The notes under the pieces were generated by a model. That model had not been told where the DNA came from, made no database searches, and was given only the letters and a program-made list of their open reading frames with translations. This document shows positions 53,283 through 58,253 of a stretch of 58,253 nt of DNA, piece by piece. How positions within the stretch are numbered: the first letter of the stretch is position 1; each line of letters begins with the position of its first letter. Source of the stretch: an uncultured Bacilli bacterium. GTDB lineage: Bacteria; Bacillota_I; Bacilli_A; RF39; UBA660. Made by a program: the position numbers and the translations under genes. The DNA is taken from the NCBI GenBank assembly GCA_947631655.1, contig CANRME010000001.1, positions 1 through 58,253 of the forward strand, given 5' to 3'.

Positions 53283-53455
53283 TTTTACCTCCTATTTTTA
53301 CAATAAAAAATAAATTTAAGTTACTTATATTTTCATACCCTTAAATTTATCCTTCTATAATATATATTAACAATTTTTCTTCTATTTCCTTCTTTTTTGG
53401 AGAAATTTCTTAAAAAAATTACAATTTATTAAGCAAAATATTTTTATTAGCATTT

Positions 53456-53481
53456 AAAAAAGGCAAGATTTTTCTTACCTT
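53456..53481 (-). terminator. Rho-independent terminator after the ftsEX-M23 operon
   Basis: The minus strand reads aaggtaaga-aaaa-tcttgcctt, followed by T6. Confidence 0.55.
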
Positions 53482-54708
53482 TTACCATCTACTATACCAC
53501 CATATTCCTAAGGCTGGGAATCCAACAGGTTGAACAGATGATGCTACAAACTTACTCCAAGAAGAGTATCCATCAGGACCACCACCTAAATAGTATCCAG
53601 TAGAAACACCATAATGTAGGTGAGCCCCTGTAGAACACCTTTCATATGACCAAGTCTTTGGACCACCACCAACAGTAGCGATGACATCATTTATAGTTAC
53701 GGTATCTCCGACATTGACATAAACATCTAAAACGTGAGCATATTGAATGGTGTATGCTTTACCTTGAACTTCACTATGAATATATATCATATTACCACCA
53801 CAATTACTTCTTCTAGTAATAGCAGCAACCGTTCCATTAGTTCCAGCATAAATTGGTGTACCTTCTGGGTTCCCTCCTATATCAACCGCATTGTGGAAAC
53901 TACTTGCTGCTCCAGTAATTGGGTCGACTCTATAACCCCAAGGGCTAGTAACCCGTCCTTGAACTAATGGTTTAGTCCAACCACTATTGGATGCAACTTT
54001 AATACACTCACTTAATGGTTGATCATCACTAGTACAGACACCTTCATAATATTTAATTAAAGCTTGTTGGTTATTAATTTGCGAATTAATATCTTCGTTT
54101 AATTCATTTAAAGCTGATAATTGATTACGTAGAGATCCAATGGCTACAGATGATGCTTCAATCTTAGCTTCTAATTCTTTTTCTTTAGCAGCAAGTTCAA
54201 CTTTTAATTCTTCGTTTTCTTTTATCAAATCATCTAATTCATGTAATTTTTTTTGATTGTAATCAGCTATTTGTTCAACTGCAGAGATACGCATTATAAG
54301 TTCCGTAGTAGAACTTGCTTTTGTAATATATTCAATATATTCATTTTCTCCTTCAATTAATTGAAAATATTTAAGTAATGATTTGGTTTCTTCAGTTACT
54401 TTGCTTATTTCTTCTTCAGATTCAACAATTCTATTTTGAGCATTAGTTACTTCGGCTCTTACTTGTTCTTTTTCCTTATCAGCTTGTTGAATAGAAGCAA
54501 TATTTTGATTTATTTCTTGTTGAGTTAAATTCTTTTGATTGTCTTGATAAGCTTTTTGTTCTTTTAATTTAGTTAATTCTTGTTTTAACTCTCCTAAGGT
54601 ATTAGCTTTAGATTCTGCTCTTACTACTAAGGGATCCATAGTTATAGGAATTAATAAAGCAATAATCATAGAGAAATTAAATATAACTTTTCCTACTTTT
54701 TTCATCAT
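53482..54708 (-). CDS. Secreted coiled-coil M23 (LytM-type) peptidoglycan endopeptidase
   Basis: Signal peptide and a long coiled coil. M23 metal ligands are intact (FHNAVDIGG, GAHLHYGV). Overlaps ftsX by 4 nt. Confidence 0.85.
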   Translation of the reverse strand: MMKKVGKVIFNFSMIIALLIPITMDPLVVRAESKANTLGELKQELTKLKEQKAYQDNQKNLTQQEINQNIASIQQADKEKEQVRAEVTNAQNRIVESEEEISKVTEETKSLLKYFQLIEGENEYIEYITKASSTTELIMRISAVEQIADYNQKKLHELDDLIKENEELKVELAAKEKELEAKIEASSVAIGSLRNQLSALNELNEDINSQINNQQALIKYYEGVCTSDDQPLSECIKVASNSGWTKPLVQGRVTSPWGYRVDPITGAASSFHNAVDIGGNPEGTPIYAGTNGTVAAITRRSNCGGNMIYIHSEVQGKAYTIQYAHVLDVYVNVGDTVTINDVIATVGGGPKTWSYERCSTGAHLHYGVSTGYYLGGGPDGYSSWSKFVASSVQPVGFPALGIWWYSRW

Positions 54709-55595
54709 ATCTTCAAATACTTCCTTACTGCACGGTATGACCCAAACATACCAACGATACTTCCTAGTACTAAGATTACGATAGAAACACTTATAACAAC
54801 ATTAGCAGGATTTACTAAAGTAATGATATTGGTAAATAAGTGGCCATCAAAATGGTCAAATAATAAGATATAACCATATACAGTAATAATAATTGGAATT
54901 ATAGAACCTAATACTCCTAGGATGAATCCTTCAAAAATAAATGGAAGTCTGATAACAGTATTCGAGGTTCCTACTAAACGCATTATTTCAATTTCATTTC
55001 GTCTTGAGAAAATTGTAAGTTTAATAGTATTACTAATTAAGAAGGCCGTTACTAAGATTAAAGCTACTACGATAACAACCATAGCATTTTGAACTACTCT
55101 AAAGATGGTAATTACTTCATCAACCATACCTTCACCATATTTGGCATCTTCAATGTAATCTAATTTTTGAATTTGTTTAGCTGTAGCGCTTAATTTAGTA
55201 GCATCACTTACTTTTACTACGACACTATCAAGTAAAGGGTTTTCAATATATGATAAAGCAGTATCTAATTCACTAGAAATAGCTTGCATTTCTGCTTTCC
55301 AGTCATCTTTGCTTTTAAACTCATGACTTTCATAACCATCTAAAGCTTTAATTTTTTCAATAGTAGCATTAATATCTTCTTCACTAGTATTTTCTTTAAA
55401 ATAAGTAACTATCGTAAGTTCACTTTCTAGTTCACTAGTAAAATTATTAACATTAATAGTTAGGACGACAGCTAAAGCTACTAAGATTAAAGTTATGGCC
55501 GTACAAGCAATGGAAGCGATACTTAAACTAAAGTTTCTTACAACGCTTTTAAAAGCAGAACTAATATTTCTTCTTAAAATTCTAATTGCTTTCAT
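54705..55595 (-). CDS. ftsX: Cell-division ABC transporter permease FtsX
   Basis: N-terminal TM, a large extracellular loop and three C-terminal TM helices. Overlaps ftsE. Confidence 0.85.
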   Translation of the reverse strand: MKAIRILRRNISSAFKSVVRNFSLSIASIACTAITLILVALAVVLTINVNNFTSELESELTIVTYFKENTSEEDINATIEKIKALDGYESHEFKSKDDWKAEMQAISSELDTALSYIENPLLDSVVVKVSDATKLSATAKQIQKLDYIEDAKYGEGMVDEVITIFRVVQNAMVVIVVALILVTAFLISNTIKLTIFSRRNEIEIMRLVGTSNTVIRLPFIFEGFILGVLGSIIPIIITVYGYILLFDHFDGHLFTNIITLVNPANVVISVSIVILVLGSIVGMFGSYRAVRKYLKI

Positions 55596-56280
55596 GAACT
55601 TTGTAACTTCCTTTCAAGGAGTCGCTAATTTTTACTCCATTTTCAATGGCTATAACCCGTTTTTTCATTCGGTTTACGATGTCTTTATCATGGGTAGCCA
55701 TTACGACTGTTGTACCATCTTTATTAATGCTATCAATTACTTTCATAATTTCTTTAGAAGTATCAGGGTCTAGGTTTCCAGTAGGTTCATCACAGATAAG
55801 AAGTTTAGGTTCATTTACAATGGCTCTTGCTATACACACTCTTTGTTGCTCACCACCAGATAATTGATTAGGGAAACTTCTAAATTTTTCTTTAAGTCCA
55901 ACTTTTTCTAAAGCTTTTAAAACTTTTGGTTTAATTTCTTCATTTTTAAGTCCTAAACTTTCTAATCCAAAAGCGACATTTTCATAAACCGTTAATTTAG
56001 GAAGTAATTTAAAGTCTTGGAAAACAACTCCAATTCTTCTTCTTAATTTATATACTTTACTATTACGTAATTTAGCAACATTAATGCCACCTACTATTAC
56101 TTCTCCTTTAGTAGGTTTTTCTTCGCGATATAACATTTTAATTAAAGTTGATTTACCAGATGCCGTAGCACCGATAACAAAAACAAATTCACCCTTTTTT
56201 ATTTCTAAGTTCAAATCAGCAATAGCTGTTTGACCATTTTTATATATTTTATAGCAGTTATTTATTTCAATAAATTTCAC
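55582..56280 (-). CDS. ftsE: Cell-division ABC transporter ATPase FtsE
   Basis: Walker A GATASGKST, signature LSGGEQQR, and Walker B LLICDEPTGNLD. GTG start. Confidence 0.9.
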   Translation of the reverse strand: MKFIEINNCYKIYKNGQTAIADLNLEIKKGEFVFVIGATASGKSTLIKMLYREEKPTKGEVIVGGINVAKLRNSKVYKLRRRIGVVFQDFKLLPKLTVYENVAFGLESLGLKNEEIKPKVLKALEKVGLKEKFRSFPNQLSGGEQQRVCIARAIVNEPKLLICDEPTGNLDPDTSKEIMKVIDSINKDGTTVVMATHDKDIVNRMKKRVIAIENGVKISDSLKGSYKVHESN

Positions 56281-56315
56281 TTATACCACCTTACTATTCT
56301 AATTATATCATAACT

Positions 56316-57206
56316 TTATTTATTTAAGAATGCCAATCTTTGCCGTTTTACACCACCCGATACTTCATAACAATCAGTAACAACTAGGAAAGCATTAGGG
56401 TCGATAGCTAAAATATGTTCTTTAAAGTAATAATAATCACTAGTTTTAACAACACACATTAAGATTTTACGTGCTTTTTTACTGAACCCTCCTTCACTAT
56501 CAAAGATAGTAACACCAGAACCTAACTCTTCTAAAATAAATTTTTCAATTTTTTTATTTTCTTTGGTATAGATGTAAAACATCTTACTATCACTTATACC
56601 AATTAGAATACGATTAATTAACTCAGTACTGATAAATAAAATTATTAAAGCATAAATAAGTTTAGTAAATCCAAAGGTAAAACCACCAATTAAGATAACT
56701 GCACCATTAACATATCTATTAGCAAGTCCCTCTTGAATTTTTAAATACTTACTTACTACTAACATAATAATATCACTACCACCAGTGGTATAACCTACTT
56801 TATAAATAATTCCATTAGCAAAGCCAAATAAGAAACCTGAAAGTAATACAGTTAAAAACATTGATTCAAAAGTAAAATATGGTAATAATTTGTTAGCTAA
56901 AGGTACTGTTAAATGAATAAACACTGGGTAAAGAATAGCACCCGCTAAATTTCGCCAAGTAGTCTTTTTATCTAACAAAAAATAACTTACAATAATTAAT
57001 AAAAAACTAGTTACCGTAATAAATACTTGAGGATTAATAATATCAGCTAAGATAACTGATAAACCACTAGTTCCTCCAATAACTAAGTTATTAGGTAGTA
57101 AGATTAAATTATAATTTATAGCTAAAAGAAATGTACCAAAGATAAATACTAAAGCTCTTAATATTTTATACTTAGATTTAATTACTACATCATCCATTTT
57201 TATCAA
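56316..57206 (-). CDS. YitT-family membrane protein (with a DUF2179 C-terminal domain)
   Basis: Five or six TM helices, GGTSG and GGSD motifs, and a soluble C-terminal domain. Confidence 0.8.
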   Translation of the reverse strand: MIKMDDVVIKSKYKILRALVFIFGTFLLAINYNLILLPNNLVIGGTSGLSVILADIINPQVFITVTSFLLIIVSYFLLDKKTTWRNLAGAILYPVFIHLTVPLANKLLPYFTFESMFLTVLLSGFLFGFANGIIYKVGYTTGGSDIIMLVVSKYLKIQEGLANRYVNGAVILIGGFTFGFTKLIYALIILFISTELINRILIGISDSKMFYIYTKENKKIEKFILEELGSGVTIFDSEGGFSKKARKILMCVVKTSDYYYFKEHILAIDPNAFLVVTDCYEVSGGVKRQRLAFLNK

Positions 57207-57295
57207 CCTCTATTATCTAGATTATACTATATTTTTTAAAAGAAAAGAAGATGCTTTTTTATTATTTTAGTTATTATATTATCATCAAAATTCAT

Positions 57296-57324
57296 TTGAC
57301 ACCAAAAACATATAAGAGTAATAT
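57296..57324 (+). promoter_or_regulatory. Sigma70-type promoter
   Basis: TTGACA, 17 nt, TAATAT. Confidence 0.5.
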
Positions 57325-57344
57325 ATTACTAGGAGATGAGGAAA

Positions 57345-58232
57345 ATGAAAAAGAGTTTAAAATTTATTTTTACAATCTTAATTTTAACAATAATGGTTTA
57401 TAGCCCTAATGTACTTGCGGATACGTCGAAAGGAGTGGCTCCAGGTTGTGGTGACACTAAAACTGTACAAGTAACGAGTATGATTAATACTCCTGCGTTA
57501 GATAAAAGTTATATATCAGCAAAAGGTTGTTATGAAGACAAAAATAATACCGCAACTTTCGAACTTGATTATAAAGAAGATAAACCAAAAGAAGTAAAAG
57601 TAAAGGGTGATTTATTGCTAGATGTACAAGAGAAAGGTTTAACTTTAGAAATTAAAGCTAAAGACAATAACGGAAATGAATTATATACTGCTACTTTAAC
57701 TTCTGAGGAGATAGGGTCGTTGGAAATAGAATCTGAAGCTGAATACAATGTTACTGTACGATTAAAAACTTTAGATGAACAAGACGAAAAATTTATTAAC
57801 TTAAAAACTCTAGGATATACTGGTAAAGCTTATTTCACAAAACCAGATAAAACTGAATTACCAATTTTAAATGCTACATACGAATTTAATGCAAAAGGTA
57901 TTTTAGAAAATGGTGAATACTTAATTATAAATGTAGATACCGATTTTACTAGTGTTACATCTATAAACTCACTAAAGGTTGATGGGGAAAAATTAACGAT
58001 AAATGATACAAATTTATTTAATAGTTATATTGTAGAAAATAATAAAGTTGTAGAACCTACTCCAGCACCAAGTACTGGTTCAGGTTCTGGGTCTAGTTCA
58101 AGTACAGGTTCAAGCTCAAGTACCGGTTCAAGTTCTAGCTCAGTTACAATTACAGATTCAGGTTCTAGTACTAGTTCTAGTACAAATACTACCCCCCCCC
58201 TACGGAAATTGTCGAATTTAAACAAGAGATAA
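57345..58232 (+). CDS. Secreted protein with a Ser/Gly/Thr-rich linker; the reading frame ends just after a C9 tract
   Basis: Signal peptide ending NVLA-DT. The C-terminal linker reads PTPAPSTGSGSGSSSSTGSSSSTGSSSSS. AGGAG lies 9 nt before the ATG at 57345. Confidence 0.65.
   Translation: MKKSLKFIFTILILTIMVYSPNVLADTSKGVAPGCGDTKTVQVTSMINTPALDKSYISAKGCYEDKNNTATFELDYKEDKPKEVKVKGDLLLDVQEKGLTLEIKAKDNNGNELYTATLTSEEIGSLEIESEAEYNVTVRLKTLDEQDEKFINLKTLGYTGKAYFTKPDKTELPILNATYEFNAKGILENGEYLIINVDTDFTSVTSINSLKVDGEKLTINDTNLFNSYIVENNKVVEPTPAPSTGSGSGSSSSTGSSSSTGSSSSSVTITDSGSSTSSSTNTTPPLRKLSNLNKR
58192..58200. repeat. C9 homopolymer tract inside the surface-protein gene
   Basis: actaccccccccctacgg; the longest G/C run I noticed in this very AT-rich window. 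Confidence 0.9.
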
Positions 58233-58253
58233 CAAGTCAAAGTTTATCAATTC

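Noticed and set aside
58060-58190. Repetitive agt/tca/ggt-rich DNA at the 3' end of the last gene as a non-coding satellite
   Set aside because: It is in frame and encodes an S/G/T linker (STGSGSGSSSSTGSSSSTGSSSSS), typical of surface proteins. This is coding low complexity rather than an independent repeat element.

Overview
AT-rich, gene-dense chromosomal segment from a low-GC Gram-positive anaerobe (Bacillota-like). Evidence for that placement: class III ribonucleotide reductase nrdDG, sortase B, MurF, FemAB, WhiA, ClpP, GAPDH and FtsEX. The standard genetic code applies, since TGA, TAA and TAG all end well-supported genes. About 55 CDS are supported; I saw no rRNA, tRNA, CRISPR array, integrase or transposase. 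Housekeeping genes sit between accessory blocks. Two blocks stand out as candidate undescribed systems. (1) A roughly 16 kb, 15-gene, tightly coupled minus-strand operon (6519-22376). It combines UDP-xylose synthase, at least six glycosyltransferases (two with TPR-like tails), two deacetylases, three paralogous radical SAM enzymes and two RNA-methyltransferase-type genes (TlyA, Trm11/UPF0020-like). It has no membrane, flippase, polymerase, ABC exporter or priming-transferase component. (2) A two-gene module repeated three times within 20 kb (about 31.8-33.7, 43.8-45.9 and 50.5-52.3 kb). Each copy pairs a small XRE regulator, transcribed divergently, with a signal-anchored surface protein. The three surface proteins share an almost identical N-terminus and a two-Cys stalk, but carry different C-terminal heads, one of which is an ALK/LTK-type glycine-rich domain. 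Each copy has its own operator-like repeat. Other notable items: a class II Fic gene bracketed by roughly 75 bp direct repeats built from helically phased TGNNCA plus T-tract motifs; a RhuM-Doc fusion; a sortase B with a neighbouring substrate carrying an SPETS sorting motif; C9 and G7 homopolymer tracts inside a surface-protein gene and a glycosyltransferase gene; and a Sir2 gene cut short by an in-frame TAA. All family assignments come from reading motifs in the supplied translations. No database search was run.
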